DNA from: Azolla caroliniana
Lineage: Eukaryota > Plantae > Polypodiophyta
Direction: 5' to 3'
Assembly (NCBI GenBank): GCA_043228905.1
Contig: JBHGNT010000003.1
Location: 19,840,001 to 19,904,000, forward strand
Length of the DNA stretch: 64,000 nt
Every line of letters begins with the position of its first letter. The first letter of the stretch is position 1. The translations under genes were made by a program, and so were the position numbers. Of this stretch, positions 39,365 through 51,800 are shown in pieces. The notes under the pieces are model-generated. The model had not been told where the DNA came from. It searched no databases and saw nothing but the letters and a program-made list of their open reading frames with translations.

Positions 39365-39585
39365 TGTTGAATCTGGAGTAATGGAGGCGGACGAGCTGCT
39401 GTTTTCTGGCCTGCACAGAAAATGTCGAACACACACACAGAGGAAAAACAGCCCCCAAAAAGTTTTGTCTTTCTCTTCCTGTTTTTTTTTTTTGTGTGCT
39501 GTTTTTCCTCTGTGTGTGTGTTCGACATTTTCTGTGCAGGCCAGAAAACAGCAGCTCGTCCGCCTCCATTACTCCAGATTCAACA
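39365..39585. repeat. Perfect inverted repeat, 88-bp arms (39365-39452 / 39498-39585), 45-nt spacer
   Basis: Arms are exact reverse complements when read base by base. Confidence 0.95.
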
Positions 39586-40299
39586 CTAATCGAGCTAACA
39601 ATGGTGTGAGTTCTGGACGTAGTGAAACCCAACGTCCACCTTTATCTTCAAAATTATAAAGTTGTGCATGAACAATAAGCAATTACTTCAAGCCAAACTG
39701 CCCTAATGTTGATTGTATTTTTACATGCATATAGTTCTCTTCCAAGGACCAATCATTACTCATAACGTCACCAGGAAAACATACAAGAAGAGATGATGTA
39801 TCAAAACCGCACAACATTCTAATAATAGATACATGTCCTCTATGGAACTGTCCTCAAAAGTGCTAGATATATGAGATCTAAACATTATTCACAGCATAGA
39901 AAAAGCTGATAGGATATCTGCTCAAATGAAAAAAAGAGTATAACACAGGATACTCAAAACAAACTAGCATATATGGGAGCACATAGAAGCATAAACATTG
40001 ATAAATTGTTTTCCAATCCTCGCATACTGTTTAAGCATATATGTATTTAAAACTAGACACCTGAGATAGAGTTACATGCCTCTCACCAACTCATAACCGA
40101 GGACCAATGCAAGACTCAACTATTTATGCATGTACTTAAGGAATGAACTCCAGTTCCCAAAATAAATCATCAGAAACAACATTCTATGCCTTTCACCAGA
40201 TGATGTCAAGGCAAGTTAAGTTTGGAAAGTGATGAAAACCCCAGTCCTCAATATGAAATATGACAGCGTTACCAGCCTCTCACCAGATGAGCTTAATGC

Positions 40300-40337
40300 A
40301 TATATATATATATAGATAGATAGATAGATATAGATAT

Positions 40338-40371
<34 letters not shown>
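40300..40371. repeat. Compound (TA)n/(TAGA)n microsatellite
   Basis: Direct reading. Confidence 0.9.
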
Positions 40372-40373
<2 letters not shown>

Positions 40374-40599
40374 TTAGAAGTATAAGGAATGATGCCCATT
40401 CCCTATAAGGAGAACAAAATTATAATCAACAAAGCAAGGACAGTTCAATATGACAAAATTTAAATACGTAGATATATGATTTTCACTTATTCAATATCAT
40501 GCAAATGGTAGATCACTAATCATTCATGTAAACACATCTCTATAGTGCTTCATGTTTAGCCAAGAAAGAAATCCAGAGAATAAACAATTGAGCTTCTAT

Positions 40600-40785
40600 C
40601 ACTTCCCTACAGGTAATGCACCAATTAGTCATGATTAACACTCAATAAAAAAAATGATCTCAGAGAAAACCAGAACAAAAACTTCGTCAACAAGACAAGA
40701 TGCACTTCCCTATAGGTAATCGCCAATTAGTCATGATTAACATTCAGTAAACAATGATCTCAGAGAAAAAGCAAACAAAAACTTC
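40600..40785. repeat. Two ~103-bp tandem copies in a HisRS pseudogene intron
   Basis: CACTTCCCTA(C/T)AGGTAAT...CAAAAACTTC occurs twice. Confidence 0.75.
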
Positions 40786-43059
40786 TTGACAGACATACAG
40801 ATGACTTACGTGAATCAAATTCAAAAGAGCAGCGAGGAAACGCATAGTATCAGACAATTACCTGCTGTGTAATTTCTTCACCTGCTTTTCTAACAAACAA
40901 TGCCTCTGATTCCAGGACAGGGAAATCTACCTCCTCGAATGCAAATAATCTGGACACCTTTAGGCATTGACAACATATATATAAATATCATTATGCAAAG
41001 GTATGATGGAAACGAAGAGCAACTCAATTACAAATTGACAATAATATATATACAGAGCAAGAGGTGTGATGAAAACTAAGAGCAAACCAATTGCGTATGA
41101 AAAACATGTGTATACTATGATACAAAGGCATGATGTAAACTTAGAGAAAATCAATTATGCACACATTATATCATTAAAAAAAGATGTGGGGAAAACACAG
41201 AGAAAATGGACACTGCATATAATTATGCTAAGGTGTGATGAAAAACAAGAGCAAAACAATTATACACAACACAACACACAAACATGTACATAAAAGGTGG
41301 TGCAACAAGCATATACATATCAATATCTATATCTATCTATTTATCTATCTACATATACATAAAAAGAAAGAGAAAATTCATTATAACATACAAAACTAAG
41401 AAGTGAAATTGTATACCTCTCTAAACTTCTGGAAGGGCCATCTGCGAAGGCGCATTTCCTCTGGTGCAAAGTCCCTAGTTCCGCGAGGTGGGTTATAATC
41501 AATGCTTTCATTGGGATGGAGGAGGGTAGGAGGGCCTGCAGCTGCTGCCCTCTGTTGATGTCGCCAGCTGCAGTCGTTGCCGCAAAAACAGATAGGCTTT
41601 TCCTACCTGTGTATGCACATCATTACAAGAATTGGCATTTTCAGATAGGCTTTTCCTTTTAGAAATGGAAAGTACATCAAATTTTCCTTTGTAGAAGCAC
41701 CATCACACAAGAGGAAAGCCATTTTCCGATAGAAACAGCCAAGTTTAACCAAATGTTCACACCTGACTCAATTTTTTTTGTTAAGCACCATTACATGAAA
41801 TATAGGCATCTGAGATAGGAGTTGCATTTACACACATAGTAAATGATAAGTTTTATCAATCATATACATTGATCTGCACTATTATTCGGCTTCTGCGAAG
41901 TGGCATCACATGAGAAATGGAACAAAAATCAATTCTCGAGAAAAATTTGTATTCTGAGAAACGCTTTTACATGAGTGGAAATACATTTTCAGATCAGCTT
42001 TTCGTTCCTGTATACACGTCGGAAATGGAATGCTGACCAATTTTGCATTTTGAGAAACACTATTACATGAAACAAAATACATTTTAAAACAGGCTTTTCC
42101 TTCTTGTATCACGTGAGATTTGACATGTTAACTAATTGTACACATGAGTGTGCTCTATTTCTGCTTCTGTGATATGGCAACAGATGGATTGGCTTTTCCT
42201 TCCTCCTACACCTCAGATATGGCAAGCTTAACAAATTTTCCACATGTAAATGTGCTAATATTGCATCTGAGAACCATCAATAGATAGGGGGATCTTCCAA
42301 GGCTAAAGTAAGATGATGTAGAGGTTAAGCTTGCACCCAAATTAGTGTGCCCTCACCAAAATAAATAAAAAATGTTAAGATGTTATTAAAAACTCGTATC
42401 TTACAATCCAGAGGTGCAAGTTCTAGAGGTGTTAAGAGTTGCAACTAACAAAACATGAAATTCTAGTTGATGAAATTCTAAAATTAGTTGACCAACAAAA
42501 CAAGCACAAATATGGATGGCCACAAATTGCTTTCATTTGCATATTAGAGTTATCATCCGACAGCCCTACTTGCGTATTAGAGTTTTGACCATGGATTAGA
42601 TTATGTAGGTGCAAGTAATCAATAACCCTCTCTCCGCAACACATGGTGCTCCTCCCCTTCAAAATAAATACTATTAATTGTATTTACTACCAATATATTA
42701 CACACTAATTCTCAACAATGCACATATTCAAACTACTGGATGTTGTGTGCCTCTTTGGCTATATTAAGTAGTGTGGAACAAGATCATATCAATCGCAACA
42801 TTGCAACATGTCAAATAAGATATCTTTGTATTAGGTTGAATCAATATTTTAGAAAACATTATATATGTGATATTATAAGGTCATTGAAATTAATGGATAT
42901 TCAGAATACAAAATACAAAACCAGTGGTAGGCTACAAAGTTTTTGTACACTTGCACTCTTTGCATTAACCATGACCACTTTGATGGAAAGAATCAGACAA
43001 CTTTTAGCTGCATTTGTTGGAAAGCATATCCTTCTTATGTCTCATGATAACTTCCACAA

Positions 43060-46000
43060 TCACATAGAGTCCTGATTGCCAACAACATCACTCGATCTTT
43101 GGAAACCTGAGCAAGCCATCGGAAACACTGAAGAAGCAATACCTTCCACATGCAAACAAGTCCATGTCATTGGTGTTAAGAGCTTCAAGTAAATCTGCGA
43201 CAAGTATATTTGCGAAAGAGGAGATTCCATGAGACCTAAGAACCTCCCAGCCGATGTAATATCATGTCCTACTATGTTCGTAATGGTTATTCCTTTCACT
43301 AAAGGTATGGCATTGGGATCATAGCTATCATCTGGGTGCTCCCCTGCATCTTCGGTAATGTCTATGGCTTTCGATACCTTATCCATTCTCATTCTAGTGA
43401 TAGTAATATTTGTTACATAACCACCTCTGCCAGGAGCTGTTTTTACTCTTATCCCTGTCCCTGTGTTGAACACATGTATGTCTTCTACATGTACATTCTT
43501 TATTCCGCCCGACATTTCGCTGCCAATAGATATGCCAGAGAATGGCGTTGTGCCAACAATTCGACGAATTGTGATGTTTGAACTTGGCTTACCAACTGAG
43601 ATTCCATACTCATCCCACCCACTTTTGAGTGCAATAAGATCATCGCCATTACTAATGTAGCAATCCTCAATACATACATTTGTACAGGAATCTACAAAGA
43701 GATCATGTTGAGTGAGCATATAAGCATTGTAATGCTTTTAGGAATCTCCAAAGACATCTATTTTGATGCCAGTATTCATACCTGGATCAACACCATCTGT
43801 ATTAGGAGAAGATCTTGGAGCGAAAATTGATACATTCTTCACAATAATATCACTGCAAAAATATAATATACATAAGTTTCATTATGAATTGCATGTTTTA
43901 TTTCACAATATGCTTGAGATTAAGCAGCATAGATCGGTAAGAAAGTGAGGACATACTTGCAATACACAGGATGGACAGTCCAAAATGGAGAATTCCTTAG
44001 CACAACATTAGATATGATAATGTTTTGAGAACTAATGAATTCCACAAGGTGGCCTCGCGTGTACACTAAGGTGCGATTGTACCATCGTTCCCACCAGGTT
44101 GATCCTTTCCCATCAATGATGCCATTTTCACCTGTTCTCAGTATTTTTACAATGACATGAGCACTTGCTGTTACTTGGAGACTGATTCACTTAACTTGTC
44201 TCAAGACATATGCTTCTTTTCAAGTGCACCGTACAACTGTTGACTATATATATGAAGTATAAAATCCCAAATATGCCCCAAGTATTTCTGTCTTCCCCAA
44301 CCTGCCCATAACTTTTAATTATTCCCCCAAATGCCCTGGTCACCTTCCTTCTCTCCAAATGATATTATTTCCTCTCTCATTCTTCAGACTCTCTCTTTTC
44401 CAGTAAATCTACTCTTTCTTGGAGGAGATATCATAGAAAGACAGAATGGGGTCGTCAATCAATGGGGCATTTGGAGAAATAATGAAAACTTATGGGTAGT
44501 TTTAGAAATGAAGAAAAACACAGGGGGTATTTGGAGTTTCTCCCTGTATAAAACTCACATGCATAGTCCAACGTTCTACGATGCATCAACACATTGTTAC
44601 TTACCTGTTATCACTACATCAACAAGATTCTGTCCATGAATGAGGCTGATGTATCGTCCACCAGGACGTTCTCTTCCACGTCCGTAGGATGGTAAAGGTT
44701 CTATCACTGGCCAATCTCTGATATCCTGCTCAGAAATATCCAGTTGAATTGTATATAACTATCTCAAACAGGTTATACACAAACGCTCTCTGACGCACAG
44801 AAATTTATGCAATTTTGCTCAGAGTACATCAACTCTAAAATGTACAATTTTGAATCTTAATGGGAAACAGCTGTATCAACGAAGTATGCCAACCATATAA
44901 GAGCTATATAATGCACAAATTTAATATGAATTTCAGCTATCTTAATGAGAAAAAACCATATCAGAATATATAAAACTCTAGATATATGAAATTCACAAAT
45001 TCAGGGTGACATTCAGCCTTCTTAACAAGCAATAACTATACATATAAACCCTATTAGAGAGTTATAATTGATAAATTCAGGGAAAGGCAAAGCTAAGCGA
45101 TCTTGTAAAGCCACATTCATGTATGATAGGGAATTACTCCAAACAGTTATTGAAGCTTTGACCAAGCATTCTAACTCTATCAAAAGTGACAAAATTAAGG
45201 TGAAGTTCAGCTAACCTTAACAAGAAGCAACTAGACTAAAGCTTTGGTAAAGTATATCAACTATATCAGAGCTGTATATTACATAAATCTAAGGTGAGAT
45301 TCAACAAACCTTAACAAAGTAACGACTACATTGTGAAGAAGAAAATCCAGGTAGATTACACGGAAAAAGTAGGCCTGCATATCACCGTTGGAATCAAGTT
45401 TGGCCCTTTTCACAGGTCAAAGAATCAGTAGACAATTTCATGCTAGTTTGAAACAAGGACCTCGCATTACAAATCATTATTATGTTATAGGAAACATCTA
45501 CAAACAGAGAAACGGTTAAGAACCCCTAGTCATTGTAAATGATCTAGTTTCCATAAGTTAAAATTTCTACAGACTAAATGATCTTAGTCTAGTTCATTCC
45601 TAAAATCTTCTAATATATGTCTTCACATTTCTAGCTCTTTTACTTAAATGGCAAAGAATTATGTGAAAAACAGAGAAATGTAACGCATTTAATGGCTCAC
45701 AGAAAGATTCGAGAAAGATACACATAACACAGGAGAAATAAAATGAAATGTGCACTTTTATCAATTGTTCGGGAAAAGAATTAATGAAAAATTTTCTCAC
45801 AATCTTTTATGTATTATTCCAAGCAAAGAATGATTGAATGCATTCTTGATCTTTTACCGATCATCCAAGGAAACTATAACTAAGAAAAACAGTAAAAATG
45901 CTAAAGCATTCTTGATCTTTTACCAATCCAAGCAGAGATTCACCAGAAAAGAACATCAAAGCCTTGCCATTTTATAGACTTGCTAAACAATTAGTCATTC

Positions 46001-46699
46001 AGAAAACAGATAAATTGAATGCAAACTTGTTCTTTACCCAATCATTCACGCAATGAACCATTCAGAAAACAGAGCCATTGAAGGCAAGCCTACTCTTTAA
46101 CAGAGCATCCAAGCAAGGAATCAACGGAAAAACAGCGACATTTGATGCAATTTCACACTTTCACCGGTCATCCAAGAAAAGAATAATGGGAAGAAAACAG
46201 AGAAATTTAACGCAACAAGACAAAGAATCATTGCAAACAAGTTAAGAAAACACAGTGAAGTAGTTGAATAAAATCATTCGTTGAATTTACCAATCATCAG
46301 AACAAAAAGAAACGAGAAATGTGACGGTTGATGTTCCAATACCTCAGAAGCCACGATTTCTGCATCTTTCTGTAAATATAGAGTGAAATGACTGGTAAGG
46401 TTGAAGCTACCAGTGATCCATGTTCCTTTAGGTACGTTTAGCTGGACACCTCCCTGAGAAGCTTGAGAACGAAGACTATAAACAGCAGAACGGAACGCGT
46501 TTGTGTTGAGGGTCACGCCATCGCCAACACCTCCAAAGTCAGAGATGGAAGCCACGTATTTTCTTCTCGGTAAAGAGCGGCCATGATCGAAACAGGATGG
46601 AAGAGGAAGATCAGAACGCAGTATTTCTGCTGCAGTGGAAGAATCACACAGGAGGAGGACGAAGAATAAGAGGGAAAAGAAGAAGAAGAAGAAGCGCAT
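43060..46699 (-). CDS. Polygalacturonase / pectin lyase-like protein (glycoside hydrolase family 28), 5 coding exons
   Basis: Exons 46699-46343, 44725-44605, 44131-43957, 43852-43782, 43691-43060 with GT-AG introns. Signal peptide; DFGGVGDG, SPNTDG, GDD, GISIGSE and RVKT motifs. Confidence 0.93.
44257..44544. mobile_element. Old MITE with diverged ~85-bp inverted ends in polygalacturonase intron 2
   Basis: CCCAAATATGCCCC...CCCATAACTTTTAATTATT...CCAAATGCCC mirrors GGGCATTTGG...AATAATGAAAACTTATGGG...GGGGTATTTGG. No clean TSD found. Confidence 0.55.
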
Positions 46700-47139
46700 G
46701 GTGTGGTTGAATGAATTGGCGCTTACAGTTTGATGCGAAGCTCTGGCAAAAGGATGGAGAGGAATCAGGGATTCAAGTACAAAAGTGCAGAGAGCTAATG
46801 ATGGGAAGATGGAAGAGGAATTCCAGGGATTCACGAGCACGACAACCTATTTACAAAGCAATGGACAATCAAAACGCGAGAGTCTGAGCTAAAACTAAAA
46901 TTCGCTGCGGATGAAGGTCCGGGGCGAAGACGGAGTACAGAAGGAGGAGATCGCCATGGAAGCTCGCAGCGTTAAAAATCTCTCCTTTTTATCTTTCTTC
47001 GTGGCTGTACAGACAAACAGACAGACAGAAGCAGAGGCAGACACAGAGAGAGAGAAAGAGAGAGAGAGAAAGAAAGAAAGAAAGAAAGATATATTAACGT
47101 CTTCTGAGGCCAAATTTGGCCCATGAGACAAATAGGTTA

Positions 47140-48828
47140 CAACAAAAATGAGTGTTTATCCAATCATCAAAACTAAAAATAAAAGAAAATAGCTTAAGCT
47201 AAGAAAGTTCTAGTAGTGTACAAAACTTTGCACTAAGCCTAATCTCATTTCCACCCAAGTCTCTCAAAAAGAAGTGGGAGGTCAAAAGTTTTTGGTGTGG
47301 GTGTGACCCATGGTCCCAATGCATAGAGTGCCCTAGCCATGGCTTCTAGGTGGTTTAGTTCACATTCCCTTATTTTCTTTATTGCTTCTACATCTCGTCG
47401 AGTTGCTTTGAAACCTGGCATCCGAGGGCGTTTGGTTCTTCTTTGATTTTCTGCTTCATCAAGGAGAAGTCCGAGTGGTGCAGGTGTGTCGACATTCATT
47501 GTCTCCCCCTATTCCTGAAAAACTTCATTTGTTATATGTTGGTAAACATTAGCAACATTATTATCAACGTTTTGTAATTTATTCTCTCTGTGTTGTTTCA
47601 ATTCTAAGATGTATCTACCTAATTTCTTTATATCTAGTGTATCTAATAGTTTAGGGAGGGTGGGAGAGGAACCAAGTATGTCTTGGTATTTTGCCCTTAT
47701 CTCGGCATAGGTGGGGCATTTGCATGTAAAATGGTACTCATCCTCTATCTCTATGTGGCATAACCTACATATCCTTTCCTCCCTGAGGACTCCATTAGTA
47801 CGTCCATTCTCAATCTCAAGTTGGTGAGATGATATTCTAAGTTGACCAATGGCAACCCTTAGTGCATGTGGTAAGAATACATCTAGATATTTTGGGCGCG
47901 TGATAAAACCTAACTCAGAGAAGTGCATAAAGTGTTCCTTATAGTACGACATTTTAGATGGGAGTGGCTCTAGTGGGGTGATCCATTTATACCGAGTATA
48001 AATTTGCCATATTTCTTGGCGTATTACTTTATTACGGTCCTCATGAGAGATTAAAGTGTTATCAGTCGTGTGGTCGTACTTAAGGGGGGGGAGGTTAGTA
48101 ATGTCTAGACCGTTGGCAAGAAGCCAACTCACCATCATGCCATACCATGAGCTAGTATAGCCGGACTCATACAGTGCTCGAGAAGCCTTAAAGGCTTGGT
48201 GGGATATTCTATCAAGTGGTTGGTTATGTATCCTGTGTATAAAGACTACCAGTTGAAAAAGTGCTTCTACTAACATAGGGGGTAGAGTGAACTCAGCCCT
48301 AATAATGTCATGTGGGACCGATGATTTGCTTCGGAGTTGGCGTGATAACATCATCACCAATGGTCTCTCTAATTGCGTCCACATGAAAGATGGTAGTCCT
48401 GGGGCCCAAACCGCTGATGCATACATGAGAGAGGGAGTCACTAATGAGTCAAAGAGCCACCCTTTAGTTCATGGCTCTTGGAAGTATGATTGGTGGCATT
48501 GTCTCTCGAGGAGTGAGAGGGATGCATGTCCTCTTGTAAGTCTATCCTTCGCTGCTTGTGTCATCGAAAATTTACCTGAGTGAGCACTGAAAGTGACTCC
48601 GAGATAGACATATGATCCAACCACCTCAATTGGGCTATGGGAGATAGTTAGGTGACACTTAGCTCTAACTTGGGCCGGCGTGTGAAAGATAAGGACTTTA
48701 GTTTTCCCTAGATTCACTACCAATCCTCGTTGTGTGCAAAAGTCATCTAAGGCATTAAGGTGCCTTTGTAGGTCGTGTTCGGATTCAGAGAGCAAAACTA
48801 TGTCGTCTGCATAGAGCAAGATACGCAC
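47140..48828 (-). mobile_element. 5'-truncated non-LTR retrotransposon (RT C-terminal half plus Cys/His motif; not L1-type)
   Basis: LLYADDIVLL, GLVVNLGKTKVL, YVYLGVTF, YASAVW, LRISSHQLEIENGR and RICRLCHIEIEDEYHFTCKC in ORFs 48469-48828 and 47509-48441. Confidence 0.85.
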
Positions 48829-51800
48829 TTGAGAGAGAGAGAGAGTTGTGGCGGTGGCGAGGATCGAGCCTGGGTTCCTTCCATTTTGTGACTTTAGTGT
48901 GAATTATCTAAACCACTTCGCCCAAGGAACGATTATATAACAAATTATTCTAACATTTTCAGTCACTTACCATCATCATGTTCTTCTACAAACTAATTAT
49001 TCTTTACACTCGTTTTGTTTAACAGAAAGACTTATATACATAATAATACTATAGGGAAGGATCTAAATTTTTCGATGATTTAATATCATAATGTTGTGTT
49101 CTATCGGTAAAAAAGAAGAGATAGATCTTCTTCCTCTTAACCGGTTTGAATCTACGTGTGTTTTGCTCTCTTTGTCATGGAGCTATGTATGTATGTGCTC
49201 CTCATAGCTTTGAGAGTGTGTGCGGAGCAGGAGCAACCTCCCTACTCCCTCCCCAGCTGACAAAATTCGCTTGCGGCCAAAGGAACAATATTCTCCCTAC
49301 CTTTGACACGACATTGCTTTTACTAACTTCTGATGCAGCATTACAAACTCCTCTCTTTTTCGGATCACGATTCTAAATCCCACCTAGTTGCGAAGTCTTA
49401 GACCATTGATGTGCCAACACTATTACGGGCATGACCATATAATATCCCGTGGTGAGAATGTATCGTAGAATTCTATACACATGGATAAAGTGTGAGGGTT
49501 AAACGAAAGTGTAAAGAAGGGGAGGATTTCTTTTAATCCTTGGGATTGAGACAACCCATTAACCCAAGTGTGAACTTGCTTGGGGGCCTCGGGTCTCGCT
49601 ATAAATATGAGGCCTAGCTACCCTCAGTTCAATCATCTCTTGACTACATCAAGACTCTGTTCTTGTGGTGGGTCAACTCTTGTAGCAAGCGCGCCAGCAC
49701 CAAGTACGACTCGACGCCACGGCGGTGGTATGGGACACCGATCAAGGCTTGAATCCGTCTCGATCGCTTCGCTCGGGGGTGGTCAGGTGGATCGGCACCC
49801 TTCTTTCTCTCTCTCCTTTCTATCGATCTATTTTTTATATCCTTATCGCATGCTTACTTTAGAACATAACGCTAACAGACACGGTGCTTGCTACCAAGAA
49901 ACATGGTCCTCCCTACATCAACACATCATTGCTTGCCAACTTTTGATGTAATATTAACTCTTTTTCTTTGATGAGGGTTTGAAACCCACCTAGTTAGTAA
50001 ATGTTGGACGATTAATGGGGTATGCCTTCATAATGATGCTTTCTTGGTCCTAAAACTTATATCATGCATTTAATGTTTTAGTATAATCTTGTCATTCATG
50101 CTAAACATCCAAGTTTAATATCTAATGTAGTGCTTTGCAAGTGAATTTTACTATGTTTGGCAATTTACAAGTAAAAGTTACCCTCCACCATGGTTTTTTT
50201 ATTGTAGTGTGTCTACCAACACTAAAAGATGGTCCCCAATCACCAAGAATAGGTCAAACCCTTAAAAGGTAGTGATCAAGCATATTCACAAAGGGAAACA
50301 CAATCCAACTGAATAAATATAAACTTGTCCTAGCTCCCTATAAAAATGTGATATTTTATTAGCAATCAACAATGGTTCGAGAAATCGTAAACCAAATCGA
50401 TCATGTGATCCTTCATTCTAACATTTGTTCCAAACCACATTGTTAATCCATTAAGGTTCACCTTTGTAGTTCGAACCCAACTCTTCACAATTGCAAGTAA
50501 GAGTGTTATAGCTTATAATACATTATTTCAATATTATAAAATAATGTCCATATTCTCATAATCCAACAAAACCATAATTTCAAGTATGATAAATTGCAAA
50601 TATGTTCCAATTTCAGAACTTAAACTTAACTAAACCGTTTTGTCGTTAGGCCACAATTTCATAGTTTTATTTTGGCTCCAATTGTTTGAGTTATTTCAAA
50701 TTATACTCAAATTCTCACAATGGTGCTAGGTACATGGCTTGTCAATTACCTTTAAACTTATCAATGGTTATGTTATTTGTATAGCTATTCATATGTGTCC
50801 GTGTGTGCATGCATAATTGGACAATTTGCAAGCATCCACAGTTTTTAATCACTTGCAAGCCTCTATGAATGCCACAAAATATTTCAATCATGGTGTTGAG
50901 TTGTTGTCATTGAAGCACCCCCATTAATCTCTACAACCATGCACTCAAGATAAATAAGATCGTGACATTACGTGCTAATTTGTACAACGTGGAAGCTAAT
51001 TGCCCTTGCATATTATTTAAATACTATAGACAACCCCATAAAATTTTGTTCACCTATACACACGGTTACCTAATTGTGTGGTGGGAAGCTTATGCAGCGC
51101 AAGATTAATGTTGTAGTTCAAGTTTTGAGGAAAGGGTTTAATGTCATGTTCATCGTTAAAAATCTTCCTCGTTTGTGTTTGATCACTAATTGTCCGCTCT
51201 TTGAAATGGCTTTACAATTACAACTAGAGATATCAACATAGGTGTTACCAAGTGAAAGATTTGTAGTGGCCTTAGTGCATGAGCGCATCTTACATGGAGG
51301 AAGCTTAAACACTCTTTATTGTGCCCAACTGAAGCTTTAATGCGCCCAAGTTAGATACTAATTGTTATGTTTGATTTTGAGGCTTTGATCAAGGGAGTCT
51401 TGTCTTGGTCACTCAATGGTTGTTTTCTATCTTTGTTGTTCCGATCATTTTTATGGCCAATAATTAACCATGGAAGGGGTGTATGTTTAGTGCCAAGATT
51501 GGTGACCTTTTTTATTGAATGTGCTCTTACTTTAAGGGGTAATCCTATATACAGAAACCTACATTGTCATTATTGAATTATCATGATCTTCGACTCTACC
51601 TCTTGGGTACTTTGACTCACACCCAAGAGATCAAAGTACCCAAGAGGTATGGGAGATCATATGTTGGGGCTGACATGTCCAAGTTATGCTTCAGGTGTAA
51701 GCATGTATTACCTCCATGGTTGTAAGGACGCTCAAAATGCTACACTTACTATGTTTATGGTTGTCATGCAAGTTGACATATCTTTGGAGTATTATCCCCT

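Larger units (their letters stand above)
34401..39585 (-). mobile_element. Ty1/Copia LTR retrotransposon (Copia-2) with an aberrant hairpin 5' LTR; TSD CTAAT
   Basis: 3' LTR 34401-34609, PPT ~34610-34618, iMet PBS 39352-39363, palindromic 5' end 39365-39585. CTAAT at 34396-34400 and 39586-39590. Confidence 0.95.
30779..41610 (-). pseudogene. Organellar (chloroplast/mitochondrial) histidyl-tRNA synthetase pseudogene
   Basis: Exons: ~41610-41417 (NPPRGTRDF), 40957-40862, 39661-39586 plus 34395-34383 (LRPELTP...LQKG, split by Copia-2), 34322-34191 ([22 protein letters not shown]), 32188-32090, ~31904-31830, 31562-31397, 30941-30779. Defects: exonic TE, non-AG acceptors, frameshifts, missing exons. 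Confidence 0.9.
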
